Sequence record: MF327009
From: Shigella phage Sf25
Strand: one strand, 5' to 3'
DNA: 64,000 nt
Shown here: positions 28,580 to 38,834 of the stretch, one piece after another
Layout of the letters: every line of letters begins with the position of its first letter
Position numbering within the stretch: the stretch's first letter is position 1
The notes under the pieces: model-generated
Databases searched by the model: none
What the model was told of the DNA's origin: nothing
Seen by the model: only the letters and a program-made list of their open reading frames with translations
Position numbers and translations under genes: made by a program

Positions 28580-30145
28580 ATGACTATCAAAACTAAAGCT
28601 GAACTTTTGAACAAATGGAAACCATTACTGGAAGGTGAAGGTTTACCGGAAATTGCTAATAGCAAACAAGCGATTATCGCTAAAATCTTTGAAAACCAGG
28701 AAAAAGATTTCCAGACAGCTCCAGAGTACAAAGACGAAAAAATCGCTCAGGCGTTCGGTTCTTTCTTAACAGAAGCTGAAATCGGTGGTGACCACGGTTA
28801 CAACGCTACTAACATCGCTGCTGGTCAGACTTCTGGCGCAGTAACTCAGATTGGCCCAGCTGTTATGGGTATGGTACGTCGTGCTATTCCTAACCTGATT
28901 GCTTTCGATATTTGCGGTGTTCAGCCGATGAACAGCCCGACTGGTCAGGTATTCGCACTGCGCGCAGTATATGGTAAAGACCCAATCGCTTCCGGTGCTA
29001 AAGAAGCATTCCACCCAATGTATGGTCCAGATGCAATGTTCTCTGGTCAGGGTGCTGCTAAGAAATTCCCAGCTTTGGCTGCTAATACTACTACAGTTGT
29101 AGGTGACATCTATTCTCACTTCTTCCAGGAAACTGGTACTGTATATCTGCAAGCTTCTGCTATCGTAACACTTGATTCTGGCGCGACTGATGCAACTAAA
29201 TTAGATGCCGAAGTTAAGAAACAAATGGAAGCTGGTGTACTGGTAGAAATCGCTGAAGGTATGGCTACTTCTATCGCTGAACTCCAGGAAGGTTTCAATG
29301 GTTCTACCGATAACCCATGGAATGAAATGGGCTTCCGTATCGATAAACAAGTTATCGAAGCTAAATCTCGTCAGCTGAAAGCTGCTTACTCTATCGAATT
29401 AGCACAAGACCTCCGCGCTGTTCACGGTATGGATGCTGATGCTGAACTGTCTGGTATTCTGGCTACCGAAATTATGCTGGAAATCAACCGTGAAGTTGTT
29501 GATTGGATTAACTACTCCGCTCAGGTTGGTAAATCTGGTATGACCCTGACTCCGGGTTCTAAAGCTGGTGTATTTGACTTCCAAGACCCAATCGATATTC
29601 GTGGTGCTCGCTGGGCAGGTGAATCCTTTAAAGCTCTGTTGTTCCAGATTGACAAAGAAGCAGTTGAAATTGCTCGTCAGACCGGTCGTGGTGAAGGTAA
29701 CTTCATTATCGCTTCCCGTAACGTAGTTAACGTTCTGGCTTCAGTTGATACTGGCATTTCTTATGCTGCACAGGGTCTGGCTACCGGCTTCAACACTGAT
29801 ACTACCAAGTCAGTATTTGCTGGTGTTCTGGGTGGTAAATACCGTGTATATATCGACCAGTATGCTAAACAGGATTATTTCACTGTAGGTTATAAAGGTC
29901 CGAACGAAATGGATGCTGGTATTTACTATGCTCCATATGTAGCTCTGACTCCGCTGCGTGGTTCCGATCCGAAGAACTTCCAACCAGTAATGGGATTCAA
30001 AACTCGTTACGGTATCGGTATCAACCCATTTGCAGAATCCGCTGCTCAGGCTCCGGCTTCTCGCATCCAGAGCGGTATGCCTTCTATTCTGAATAGCCTT
30101 GGTAAAAACGCTTACTTCCGCCGTGTATATGTTAAAGGTATCTAA
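28580..30145 (+). CDS. 23: gp23 major capsid protein
   Basis: 521 aa; T4 length and synteny. Confidence 0.95.
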   Translation: MTIKTKAELLNKWKPLLEGEGLPEIANSKQAIIAKIFENQEKDFQTAPEYKDEKIAQAFGSFLTEAEIGGDHGYNATNIAAGQTSGAVTQIGPAVMGMVRRAIPNLIAFDICGVQPMNSPTGQVFALRAVYGKDPIASGAKEAFHPMYGPDAMFSGQGAAKKFPALAANTTTVVGDIYSHFFQETGTVYLQASAIVTLDSGATDATKLDAEVKKQMEAGVLVEIAEGMATSIAELQEGFNGSTDNPWNEMGFRIDKQVIEAKSRQLKAAYSIELAQDLRAVHGMDADAELSGILATEIMLEINREVVDWINYSAQVGKSGMTLTPGSKAGVFDFQDPIDIRGARWAGESFKALLFQIDKEAVEIARQTGRGEGNFIIASRNVVNVLASVDTGISYAAQGLATGFNTDTTKSVFAGVLGGKYRVYIDQYAKQDYFTVGYKGPNEMDAGIYYAPYVALTPLRGSDPKNFQPVMGFKTRYGIGINPFAESAAQAPASRIQSGMPSILNSLGKNAYFRRVYVKGI

Positions 30146-30160
30146 TCTTTGACGATTTAA

Positions 30161-30190
30161 GGGACCTTCGGGTCCCTTTAGTTGTTTTTA
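30161..30190 (+). terminator. hairpin GGGACC-TTCG-GGTCCC plus T-rich tract after gene 23
   Basis: stem-loop with UUCG-type loop directly after stop. Confidence 0.6.
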
Positions 30191-30193
30191 TGG

Positions 30194-30201
30194 TATAAAT
30201 A
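30194..30201 (+). promoter_or_regulatory. late promoter TATAAATA upstream of gene 24
   Basis: exact TATAAATA about 28 nt upstream of ATG 30229. Confidence 0.6.
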
Positions 30202-30228
30202 AATCATATAAACTGAAAGGAAAGCGCA

Positions 30229-31512
30229 ATGGCTAAAATCAACGAACTTCTGCGCGAATCAACCACAACGAATAGCAACTCAATCGGTCGCCCAAATCTC
30301 GTTGCTTTGACTCGCGCTACCACTAAATTAATATATTCTGACATTGTAGCAACGCAAAGAACTAATCAACCTGTTGCTGCTTTTTACGGTATCAAATACC
30401 TTAACCCAGACAATGAATTTACATTTAAAACTGGTGCTACTTATGCTGGCGAAGCTGGATATGTAGACCGAGAACAAATCACAGAATTAACAGAAGAGTC
30501 TAAATTAACTCTCAATAAAGGCGATTTATTCAAATATAATAATATCGTTTATAAAGTATTAGAAGATACACCATTTGCTGATATTGAAGAAAGCGACTTA
30601 GAGTTAGCTCTTCAGATTGCAATCGTTCTTTTAAAGGTTCGTCTATTTTCTGACGCAGCGTCAACAAGCAAATTTGAAAGCTCTGATAGTGAAATTGCGG
30701 ATGCTAGATTCCAGATTAATAAATGGCAAACCGCAGTTAAATCTCGCAAACTTAAAACTGGTATCACAGTTGAATTAGCACAAGATTTAGAAGCAAATGG
30801 ATTCGATGCTCCTAATTTCTTGGAAGATTTGCTTGCAACTGAAATGGCAGATGAAATCAATAAAGATATTCTGCAGTCTTTGATTACAGTATCAAAACGT
30901 TATAAAGTTACAGGAATTACTGATACTGGATTCATTGATTTGAGTTATGCATCTGCACCTGAAGCGGGTCGTTCATTATATCGAATGGTATGTGAAATGG
31001 TTTCGCATATCCAAAAAGAATCAACTTATACAGCAACGTTTTGTGTTGCTTCAGCTCGTGCCGCTGCGATTCTTGCTGCATCAGGTTGGTTAAAACATAA
31101 ACCAGAAGATGATAAATATCTTTCACAAAATGCCTACGGGTTCTTAGCTAATGGTTTACCGCTTTATTGCGATACTAACAGCCCATTAGATTATGTAATC
31201 GTTGGCGTAGTAGAAAATATCGGTGAAAAAGAAATTGTTGGATCAATTTTCTATGCTCCGTATACAGAAGGTCTCGACTTAGATGACCCTGAACATGTGG
31301 GTGCATTTAAAGTTGTTGTTGATCCAGAAAGCTTGCAACCGTCTATCGGTTTATTAGTTAGATATGCTTTATCTGCAAATCCTTACACCGTAGCAAAAGA
31401 TGAAAAAGAAGCAAGAGTAATTGATGGTGGAGACATGGATAAAATGGCGGGTCGTTCAGATTTGTCTGTTTTATTAGGTGTTAAGCTACCAAAAATTATC
31501 ATTGATGAATAA
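30229..31512 (+). CDS. 24: gp24 capsid vertex protein
   Basis: 427 aa; paralog of gp23; T4 synteny. Confidence 0.9.
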   Translation: MAKINELLRESTTTNSNSIGRPNLVALTRATTKLIYSDIVATQRTNQPVAAFYGIKYLNPDNEFTFKTGATYAGEAGYVDREQITELTEESKLTLNKGDLFKYNNIVYKVLEDTPFADIEESDLELALQIAIVLLKVRLFSDAASTSKFESSDSEIADARFQINKWQTAVKSRKLKTGITVELAQDLEANGFDAPNFLEDLLATEMADEINKDILQSLITVSKRYKVTGITDTGFIDLSYASAPEAGRSLYRMVCEMVSHIQKESTYTATFCVASARAAAILAASGWLKHKPEDDKYLSQNAYGFLANGLPLYCDTNSPLDYVIVGVVENIGEKEIVGSIFYAPYTEGLDLDDPEHVGAFKVVVDPESLQPSIGLLVRYALSANPYTVAKDEKEARVIDGGDMDKMAGRSDLSVLLGVKLPKIIIDE

Positions 31513-31518
31513 AACAAA

Positions 31519-31540
31519 GGGACCTTTCGGTCCCTTTTTA
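31519..31540. terminator. hairpin GGGACC-TTTC-GGTCCC between convergent genes 24 and rnlB
   Basis: stem-loop flanked by T-runs, plausibly bidirectional. Confidence 0.55.
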
Positions 31541-31541
31541 T

Positions 31542-32546
31542 TTAACTTACCAATTCAATCCAAGCCGGACGAAGTACATCTTGTACCATTTTAACTAATT
31601 CCTTTTTAATCAAAGAAGGATTATCCGCTTGAGTTAGAGTAATACCTTCACGAGAAGTTTCTTCCAAAATATCTTGAACAGTTAGTCCCATCACCTTTCC
31701 AAAATCTTTTGGACCAATTTCGCCAATTTTAGAAATAACGTTATTTACTCGGTTTAGTGTAACGTAACAAGCTAAAATCCCCACCAATTTGTTATCAGCT
31801 TCTGACAGTTCAACTTTAGCTTTAATAGGCTTATCAGACTTTTTCTTTTCACTAAATTTAGAATTCTTGCATTTGATGGCTACACGATTGCGATTAGGCA
31901 GCCAAGAAGGATAACAAGGTTTCAATACATATCCTTCAGCGGTAAATACTTCGCCTTTGGCTTCAGCTTTCCAAACACATTTGTTAGCGTCAATTAAACC
32001 TGCATTATCTACGGTAAAATTATAAGACGGAACAACAGAATCCAAATCATTTGGAAGTTTAATAAGATCTTCAAATTTACCACGACCCAAAAGTGGAGCG
32101 ATTTTAAACCCAAATGAATTACAAAACGATTCCATCATGTAATCATCAACATAAGTTACATCACCACTTTCGGTAGTGACAATAATGTCAAATACATAAA
32201 AATCTTTATCGCCATAATCAACATTCTTCTGAATGCCAGGTCCAGCGAATTCGCCAAAAACTTGATAAGTCACAACAGCTGAAGTTTCCATAATTTCTTG
32301 GACAGCTTTAATAGAATCTTCGTAATTCTTTAAAATAATTTCATAACCGAAGAAATCTTCAGCAGGAAGAATCGGTCCAGTACGTTTAGCGCAAGTTACT
32401 TTATCACGCTCAATAATCAATGAGAAATTTGTGCCGTGAATCTTTTCACGAGCTACCCATTCGCCGCCAGTCAATCCTAAGCTATAAAGTTTTTCAATAA
32501 ATTTAGAGTTGTAATGATTTTCAAGACTGCTATACTTTTTAAACAT
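31542..32546 (-). CDS. rnlB: RNA ligase 2 (RnlB)
   Basis: 334 aa; nucleotidyltransferase lysine motif KIHGTN. Confidence 0.9.
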   Translation of the reverse strand: MFKKYSSLENHYNSKFIEKLYSLGLTGGEWVAREKIHGTNFSLIIERDKVTCAKRTGPILPAEDFFGYEIILKNYEDSIKAVQEIMETSAVVTYQVFGEFAGPGIQKNVDYGDKDFYVFDIIVTTESGDVTYVDDYMMESFCNSFGFKIAPLLGRGKFEDLIKLPNDLDSVVPSYNFTVDNAGLIDANKCVWKAEAKGEVFTAEGYVLKPCYPSWLPNRNRVAIKCKNSKFSEKKKSDKPIKAKVELSEADNKLVGILACYVTLNRVNNVISKIGEIGPKDFGKVMGLTVQDILEETSREGITLTQADNPSLIKKELVKMVQDVLRPAWIELVS

Positions 32547-32555
32547 AATTAATCC

Positions 32556-32834
32556 TCAAAATGTAATTTCTAACCAATCACCATCACGCTGATCACTATT
32601 GACTTTAAAGCTGAATCCTTCTTTTCTCAGCCAATCACCAATTTCTTCAGTAATCAATTTATCGCGAGCAGTACAATAATAACTAAAATATGTTTTACCT
32701 TGTTCAGCTGCTTTATTAGCAAGTTCTGAAAAATCTTTAATAAAACACTCTAGCTTAAACTGTTTACTTTTTAATGCTTTTTCACGTAATTGATTAGCAA
32801 AAGATTCATTTTCATAAAGATCATACTGTTCCAT
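32556..32834 (-). CDS. hypothetical protein (T4 24.2 position)
   Basis: 92-aa ORF between rnlB and hoc. Confidence 0.55.
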   Translation of the reverse strand: MEQYDLYENESFANQLREKALKSKQFKLECFIKDFSELANKAAEQGKTYFSYYCTARDKLITEEIGDWLRKEGFSFKVNSDQRDGDWLEITF

Positions 32835-33036
32835 TTTTCACCTTTTTATTGATATGTCTTTTTCTATAGACAACTTTTTCTCGAGTTTCAAATTTATTCT
32901 TAGCAGTCATAGCTCGAGCCCATAATACAGCCACTTCTTTCGCCTGTAAGTTTAATTCACGAGCAATTTCAATGAATGACTTTCCAGACTCATGAAGAGT
33001 AAACACCACAACCTCAGTTCTCATAATCAATCTCAT
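32821..33036 (-). CDS. small helix-turn-helix-like protein (T4 24.3 position)
   Basis: 71-aa ORF; FIEIARELNLQAKEV resembles an HTH. Confidence 0.5.
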   Translation of the reverse strand: MRLIMRTEVVVFTLHESGKSFIEIARELNLQAKEVAVLWARAMTAKNKFETREKVVYRKRHINKKVKNGTV

Positions 33037-33326
33037 GTTATCGAGTTGGTGCCATTATATACATCATTTTCTGATTGTGTTTTGTGTGCTTTCAAAATGA
33101 AGAAAGGGGCCGAAGCCCCTTATGTAATACAGCCACTTCTTTCGCCTGTAAGTTTAATTCACGAGCAATTTCAATGAATGACTTTCCAGACTCATGAAGA
33201 GTAAACACCACAACCTCAGTTCTCATAATCAATCTCATGTTATCGAGTTGGTGCCATTATATACATCATTTTCTGATTGTGTTTTGTGTGCTTTCAAAAT
33301 GAAGAAAGGGGCCGAAGCCCCTTATG
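32923..33326. repeat. perfect tandem duplication, 2 x 202 bp (32923-33124 and 33125-33326)
   Basis: identical at offset 202; covers the 5' 38 codons of the small HTH gene, its upstream region and a GGGGCC-GAAG-CCCC hairpin. Confidence 0.95.
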
Positions 33327-33327
33327 A

Positions 33328-34392
33328 TTATGGATAGGTATAGATGATACCAGTTTCTAAAGCAGTTTTATGAATGATGTATCCATTACGTGATTCTTGA
33401 ACATCAACTTCTGGATAGTCTTTCATCATCTTCTGAAGCGTATAACGATGCAAGTAGTATTTACTATCTGGATCGTCAGTTTTCCAATCTTTACCTTCTT
33501 CGGTCATTTTTTGGATTTCATCCATAACCCACCAACCACACCAGATGTAAGCTGAAGTACGATGTGGAAGAGGATGAACATAAGGTAATTCACCTTCTGG
33601 CTCTGGAGCAACTTTATCAGTTACCTGAACTTGACCTTCCGCCGTAATAGTTTTGCTATCATAATCAGCAGCAGTAACAGTTGCAGTAACTTCAATAGTT
33701 TGACTTCCAATAGATGAGGTATCAATGGTATATACATTAGTTGACCCTTCTACAGGAGAAGAATCTTTCTTCCATGAATACGCAATTTGCGCTTCTTCTG
33801 GAGCATCAGTGACATTAGCAGTAAATGTAGCCGAAGCATCTTGTTGAACGTTAATAGAAGGAGGAGTCAATGTAACCTGTGGATTCATTGTCTTCTTATT
33901 AACTGTTAATGATACTTCATTCGAAGTAACTTCCTTTTCATTGTAATTTTCAGCAGTTACTTGGGCTACGCATTTAATTCTTTTTACTCCACTTGTAGTT
34001 GGAGTATAGCTAAATGTAGAGTTAGTTTCTCCACCAACTTGTGAATCATCTACATACCACTGATACGTAGCAGATGCGCCTGATGGCTGCGAAGCCAAAG
34101 CAGCGGTAAATTCAACAGCTGTTCCGATTACTCCTTCCGGAGGACTATTAGGAGTTACGGCTAAGGTAGTCGTCTGTGTCTTATTTTGAACTGTGATAGT
34201 TGTACTAATTTCAGCTGTTTCGGGACTACTATCGGCAACTTGATTTGTTGCAACTACTTTAATAGTCTTTTGACCGGCAGGTCCTTTTAATACATAACTA
34301 AAAGTTGCTTCAGCTCCATCTTGTGGAACATCATCTACAGTCCAAGCATATGTAATAGGTCCATCTCCAGTTTGACCACTGGGCGTAGCAGT
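33328..34392 (-). pseudogene. hoc: hoc (highly immunogenic outer capsid protein), 5'-truncated, no start codon
   Basis: Hoc reading frame open for ~354 codons (FTATPSGQTG... to ...GIIYTYP) but bounded upstream by an in-frame TAA at 34396-34398; no ATG/GTG/TTG before an internal TTG at 34096-34098. Confidence 0.7.
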
Positions 34393-35015
34393 AAATTAAT
34401 GTAATAAATTAAGCTAAATAATGTTTGGTGTGCAGAAGCATGCTCAAAACTAGTTGGGTGAGATTTCCAATCCGGAGTTTCAGCGATCCATTGATAAATC
34501 CACCAAGGAACAGTACAGAATCCTGGATTTTTTCCAATCAACTGAAGATTCGGGCTAAAGTTTTCCGGAAGAGTAAATACAGACGGCTTTTCAGATTCAA
34601 TAATCTCAGCTACAGCCTGTTCGAATTTTTCTTCAACAAAAGGAGTATCTTCAATCAAAACATCGGTATTTTCAGGAATTTTATCCGTTTCTACTACTTC
34701 AATTTTAATGTCAGATTTAACTGGAGAATCAATCAAAAGTGCTGCTTCTGGATTGACTTCTTCATCGTCATATTTTAATCCCTCTGCAGCATCAGCAGCA
34801 TCAATTAAGTCTTTAATAGATAACCCATCAGTCTCTGGCATAGGTTCACTAGCGAGCTTCTGGAGAGCTTCTTCAATATCAACAACGATATTATCAAAAG
34901 ATTTATTCTTTTTGACCTTTATACCAAACTGTTCAGCATATTCAGCTAATTTAGCTTTAGCTTCTTTGTTATCATCAAGAGCCTTCAGCTCTGCAATATA
35001 ATCTTTATCTATCAT
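34335..35015 (-). CDS. inh: Inh, inhibitor of prohead protease
   Basis: 226-aa ORF at the T4 inh position; its 3' end overlaps the hoc frame by ~56 nt. Confidence 0.7.
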   Translation of the reverse strand: MIDKDYIAELKALDDNKEAKAKLAEYAEQFGIKVKKNKSFDNIVVDIEEALQKLASEPMPETDGLSIKDLIDAADAAEGLKYDDEEVNPEAALLIDSPVKSDIKIEVVETDKIPENTDVLIEDTPFVEEKFEQAVAEIIESEKPSVFTLPENFSPNLQLIGKNPGFCTVPWWIYQWIAETPDWKSHPTSFEHASAHQTLFSLIYYINLLLRPVVKLEMDLLHMLGL

Positions 35016-35028
35016 AATATTTCCTCAG

Positions 35029-35036
35029 TATAAATA
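35029..35036 (+). promoter_or_regulatory. late promoter TATAAATA upstream of uvsW
   Basis: exact TATAAATA 30 nt upstream of ATG 35066. Confidence 0.55.
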
Positions 35037-35065
35037 TAGATATATTTATTACATGGTATTTAGAC

Positions 35066-36577
35066 ATGACTGACATTAAAGTACATTTTTATGATTTTAG
35101 TCACGTGAGAATTGATTGTGAAGAAAGTACATTTCATGAACTCCGTGATTTCTTTAGCTTTGAAGCTGATGGGTATCGTTTTAATCCGAAATACAAATAT
35201 GGCCACTGGGATGGACGAATCCGTCTTTTAGATTATAATCGTCTTCTTCCATTCGGCTTAGTCGGGCAAATTAAAAAGTTCTGTGATAACTTTGGCTATA
35301 AAGCCTGGATTGACCCACAAATTAACGAAAAAGAAGAATTATCAAGAAAAGATTTTGATGAATGGCTTTCTAAATTAGAAATCTATTCAGGAAATAAAAG
35401 AATTGAACCACACTGGTATCAAAAAGATGCAGTGTTCGAAGGATTAGTCAATCGTCGTAGAATTCTTAATCTTCCAACATCCGCTGGTAAATCGTTAATT
35501 CAAGCTTTGCTTGCGCGATATTATTTGGAAAATTATGAAGGTAAAATTCTTATCATTGTTCCAACAACTGCTCTAACAACTCAGATGGCTGATGACTTCG
35601 TTGACTATCGTTTATTCAGTCATGCAATGATAAAGAAAATTGGTGGCGGAGCATCAAAAGATGATAAATATAAAAATGATGCACCAGTCGTTGTTGGTAC
35701 ATGGCAAACTGTAGTAAAACAACCGAAAGAATGGTTCTCACAGTTTGGAATGATGATGAATGATGAATGCCATCTTGCTACAGGAAAAAGTATTTCATCT
35801 ATCATATCAGGTTTAAATAACTGCATGTTCAAATTTGGTCTATCTGGTTCATTACGTGATGGCAAAGCCAATATCATGCAGTATGTTGGAATGTTTGGTG
35901 AAATATTTAAGCCAGTAACGACTTCTAAGTTAATGGAAGATGGACAAGTAACTGAGCTAAAAATTAATAGTATTTTTCTTCGCTATCCCGATGAGTTCAC
36001 TACTAAATTAAAGGGAAAAACTTATCAAGAAGAAATAAAAATTATTACGGGGCTTAGTAAAAGAAATAAATGGATCGCTAAATTAGCTATTAAGCTTGCG
36101 CAAAAAGATGAAAACGCTTTTGTCATGTTTAAACACGTATCGCACGGTAAAGCTATTTTCGATTTAATTAAAAATGAATACGATAAAGTTTATTACGTAT
36201 CAGGGGAAGTTGATACCGAAACCCGCAATATAATGAAAACCTTAGCTGAAAACGGTAAAGGAATAATTATAGTAGCTAGTTATGGTGTATTTTCTACTGG
36301 TATTTCAGTTAAAAATCTGCATCACGTTGTTTTAGCACACGGTGTTAAATCTAAAATTATTGTATTGCAAACAATAGGTCGCGTATTACGTAAGCATGGT
36401 TCTAAAACAATCGCAACAGTCTGGGACCTCATAGATGATTGCGGTGTTAAGCCAAAATCTGCTAATACGAAAAAGAAATATGTTCATTTGAACTATCTTT
36501 TAAAACACGGCATTGATCGTATTCAGCGCTACGCAGATGAAAAATTCAATTACGTAATGAAAACAGTTAATTTATAA
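35066..36577 (+). CDS. uvsW: UvsW recombination/repair helicase (SF2)
   Basis: 503 aa; Walker A PTSAGKS; DExH-like MMNDECH. Confidence 0.9.
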   Translation: MTDIKVHFYDFSHVRIDCEESTFHELRDFFSFEADGYRFNPKYKYGHWDGRIRLLDYNRLLPFGLVGQIKKFCDNFGYKAWIDPQINEKEELSRKDFDEWLSKLEIYSGNKRIEPHWYQKDAVFEGLVNRRRILNLPTSAGKSLIQALLARYYLENYEGKILIIVPTTALTTQMADDFVDYRLFSHAMIKKIGGGASKDDKYKNDAPVVVGTWQTVVKQPKEWFSQFGMMMNDECHLATGKSISSIISGLNNCMFKFGLSGSLRDGKANIMQYVGMFGEIFKPVTTSKLMEDGQVTELKINSIFLRYPDEFTTKLKGKTYQEEIKIITGLSKRNKWIAKLAIKLAQKDENAFVMFKHVSHGKAIFDLIKNEYDKVYYVSGEVDTETRNIMKTLAENGKGIIIVASYGVFSTGISVKNLHHVVLAHGVKSKIIVLQTIGRVLRKHGSKTIATVWDLIDDCGVKPKSANTKKKYVHLNYLLKHGIDRIQRYADEKFNYVMKTVNL

Positions 36578-36602
36578 GGGCTTCGGCCCTTTGGAGAAAA
36601 AG

Positions 36603-36833
36603 ATGTTACTAGAATTTAAACAATTTCTTTATGAAGCTTCTATTGATGAATTTATGGGTAAAATTGCCTCTTGTCAAACATTAGAAGGTCTAGAAGAACT
36701 TGAAGCTTATTATAAGAAAAGAGTTAAAGAAACTGAATTAAAAGATACTGATGACATCTCAGTCAGAGATGCTTTGGCAGGAAAAAGAGCTGAATTAGAA
36801 GATTCAGACGATGAAGTAGAAGAAAGCTTTTAA
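36603..36833 (+). CDS. uvsW.1: UvsW.1 small acidic protein
   Basis: 76 aa from ATG 36603, separated from uvsW by a GGGC-TTCG-GCCC hairpin. Confidence 0.75.
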   Translation: MLLEFKQFLYEASIDEFMGKIASCQTLEGLEELEAYYKKRVKETELKDTDDISVRDALAGKRAELEDSDDEVEESF

Positions 36834-36888
36834 ATTAAAAAAGGCCCAACCAAAAAGGAAGGGCCAAAACTATAGACTAAAGGTCACA

Positions 36889-37056
36889 CTATAGCAAAAG
36901 TTGTGTTTCATTTAATTGTTCTTCCGAACTTTCTGAAACTGGTAGTTCTTTAATGTAATTATAGCAAGGCCCAGGATGTACAGGACCTTTGTCTGTTTCA
37001 ACAACCAATGCAGAATCGATTGGAGTTTTACAGACAACACAAATCTTATCTGACAT
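36889..37056 (-). CDS. small Cys-containing protein (possible zinc ribbon)
   Basis: 55-aa ORF MSDKICVVCKTP...GPCYNY found by manual translation; below the ORF-track size cut-off. Confidence 0.4.
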   Translation of the reverse strand: MSDKICVVCKTPIDSALVVETDKGPVHPGPCYNYIKELPVSESSEEQLNETQLLL

Positions 37057-37084
37057 GATTGTCTCCTCTGAATTATATATCTAT

Positions 37085-37309
37085 TTATACAACTCTCATA
37101 TGCATATCAATGCCCATATCTTTAGAATAAAAATATTCATCAAGATATCCGGCAAATTTTCCTTTAATATAAAGGACATCTTCACCGCATGGATGGTCGG
37201 CCAGGATACGAATATCCTGACGCTTAAGATTATGCTTTTTCATTAAGAATTGAATTTCCGTTTCAAATTCTTCTTCATAATTAAAAGCATCATCAATGCT
37301 ATATCTCAT
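37085..37309 (-). CDS. hypothetical protein (T4 uvsY.-1 position)
   Basis: 74-aa ORF directly downstream of uvsY. Confidence 0.55.
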   Translation of the reverse strand: MRYSIDDAFNYEEEFETEIQFLMKKHNLKRQDIRILADHPCGEDVLYIKGKFAGYLDEYFYSKDMGIDMHMRVV

Positions 37310-37722
37310 TATTTTCCAGCCTCAAATGCTCGCATGTCTTGAATATGCTTAATAGCAAATCCGCGTGATTTAATAGCATCAAGAGCTCCGCTACAGAAAT
37401 CCAATAAAATTCCCCAATATTGCAATGAAGTATCAACTTTTAAAACATCCTTATCAGCTGATAGAACTGTCTTCATTTCTGATTTCTCATAACGGTCCAT
37501 ACTAAATTCATCACCATCTCCTCGTCCCGAGTAGTAGTCTAATTTAGCTTTAAGAGCAACTTTTTTCTGTGCATCAATTCTAAGCATTTCCTTTTTAATA
37601 CTTGAATGCTTATTGAGCCATTTACTATATAACATCACATTATTAGCTGCTTCATACTGTAATTTAGTCGAATCTATAAACACATCTTTCTTCAATTCTT
37701 CTTGAAGATCTTCTAATCTCAT
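37309..37722 (-). CDS. uvsY: UvsY recombination mediator
   Basis: 137 aa; T4 length and synteny. Confidence 0.9.
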   Translation of the reverse strand: MRLEDLQEELKKDVFIDSTKLQYEAANNVMLYSKWLNKHSSIKKEMLRIDAQKKVALKAKLDYYSGRGDGDEFSMDRYEKSEMKTVLSADKDVLKVDTSLQYWGILLDFCSGALDAIKSRGFAIKHIQDMRAFEAGK

Positions 37723-37788
37723 ATTGTTCTCTATTCAATTGTTATTGGATGGACTTAGATTCATTATACCACGTTTATACGTGAAGCA

Positions 37789-38187
37789 TTATACTCTATT
37801 ACTGGAAGCCAGTTGCAGTTTTATCTGCTCAATATCATCGGGGTTATCGATGACCGAAAAGCGTATTTCTACTATCAGAGTATAATCATCATAAACTGGT
37901 ATTACATTAACTGCTAATTTATCAATACGTGGCTCGTAGTTTCTTACTGCGCTTTCAATGTTACGCTCAACAGTATCAGCAGTAAGAGGAGTCATATTCT
38001 CAAAAAGCTGATCAGATAAATCGCATCCAAACTCTGGGTCAAATGGCCTTGACCCTTTCCTGGTTGTAATAATTCCTAAAAGGCTATTTTTAATTGACCT
38101 TAATCCAAGAGATCTTGAAACATCTTTGTCCCAATCCATTTTCATTTCTGGGTCAATGTCAGAATAAAGCTTATTAATATTTGCCAT
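37789..38187 (-). CDS. 25: gp25 baseplate wedge subunit
   Basis: 132 aa; T4 length and synteny. Confidence 0.9.
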   Translation of the reverse strand: MANINKLYSDIDPEMKMDWDKDVSRSLGLRSIKNSLLGIITTRKGSRPFDPEFGCDLSDQLFENMTPLTADTVERNIESAVRNYEPRIDKLAVNVIPVYDDYTLIVEIRFSVIDNPDDIEQIKLQLASSNRV

Positions 38188-38813
38188 TACAATAGCTCAA
38201 AGAATTCTTTGAGTCCTCTTATTACATGAGCGTGAGTTTTTCCACACTCTGGACACTTAATTGGAACAGCCAAATAAACAGTAGGCTTTAAAAGCATATC
38301 TTTTATAGCTACAATATCTGACTCTGTGATGATAGAATATAAATCTTCCAGTTCTTTTTCATTTAAGTCTTCAACTGGAATGCTTTCCCCGTTAGCATGA
38401 ATCGTTTCTATGCATGATACTATCATGTGGGCTATATTTTTATCATCAAAAATTTTAGGGTATCGGAATTTAATTTTAATGTCACCCAGTGTATACCAGA
38501 GGTCTTCTGGTGCATCTATTTGTGTATGTAATAGATTTATATGGGTTGGTATTTCAGTTCCACAGGTGCACTTCCAGGAGTTTTCGTGATTAACTTCACC
38601 GAGAGAATGTGCCCATAAATGAATCAACAATAGTTCTGATTCTTGGCGGTTTAAATCTTTTGCATTTGTGCAGTCTTTGATTAGCTTTTTAACAATTACT
38701 TCTACGGAACCATTATTTTTGGCAGTAATAAGTTCTAGATATTCTTTAAGCGTGAATGCGCGACAATTGATTATTTTAGAACCAACTCTCACATCAAATT
38801 TGTATTCATACAT
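38187..38813 (-). CDS. 26: gp26 baseplate hub subunit
   Basis: 208 aa; T4 length and synteny. Confidence 0.85.
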   Translation of the reverse strand: MYEYKFDVRVGSKIINCRAFTLKEYLELITAKNNGSVEVIVKKLIKDCTNAKDLNRQESELLLIHLWAHSLGEVNHENSWKCTCGTEIPTHINLLHTQIDAPEDLWYTLGDIKIKFRYPKIFDDKNIAHMIVSCIETIHANGESIPVEDLNEKELEDLYSIITESDIVAIKDMLLKPTVYLAVPIKCPECGKTHAHVIRGLKEFFELL

Positions 38814-38834
38814 ATTTGAATAAAAGGAGCATCT

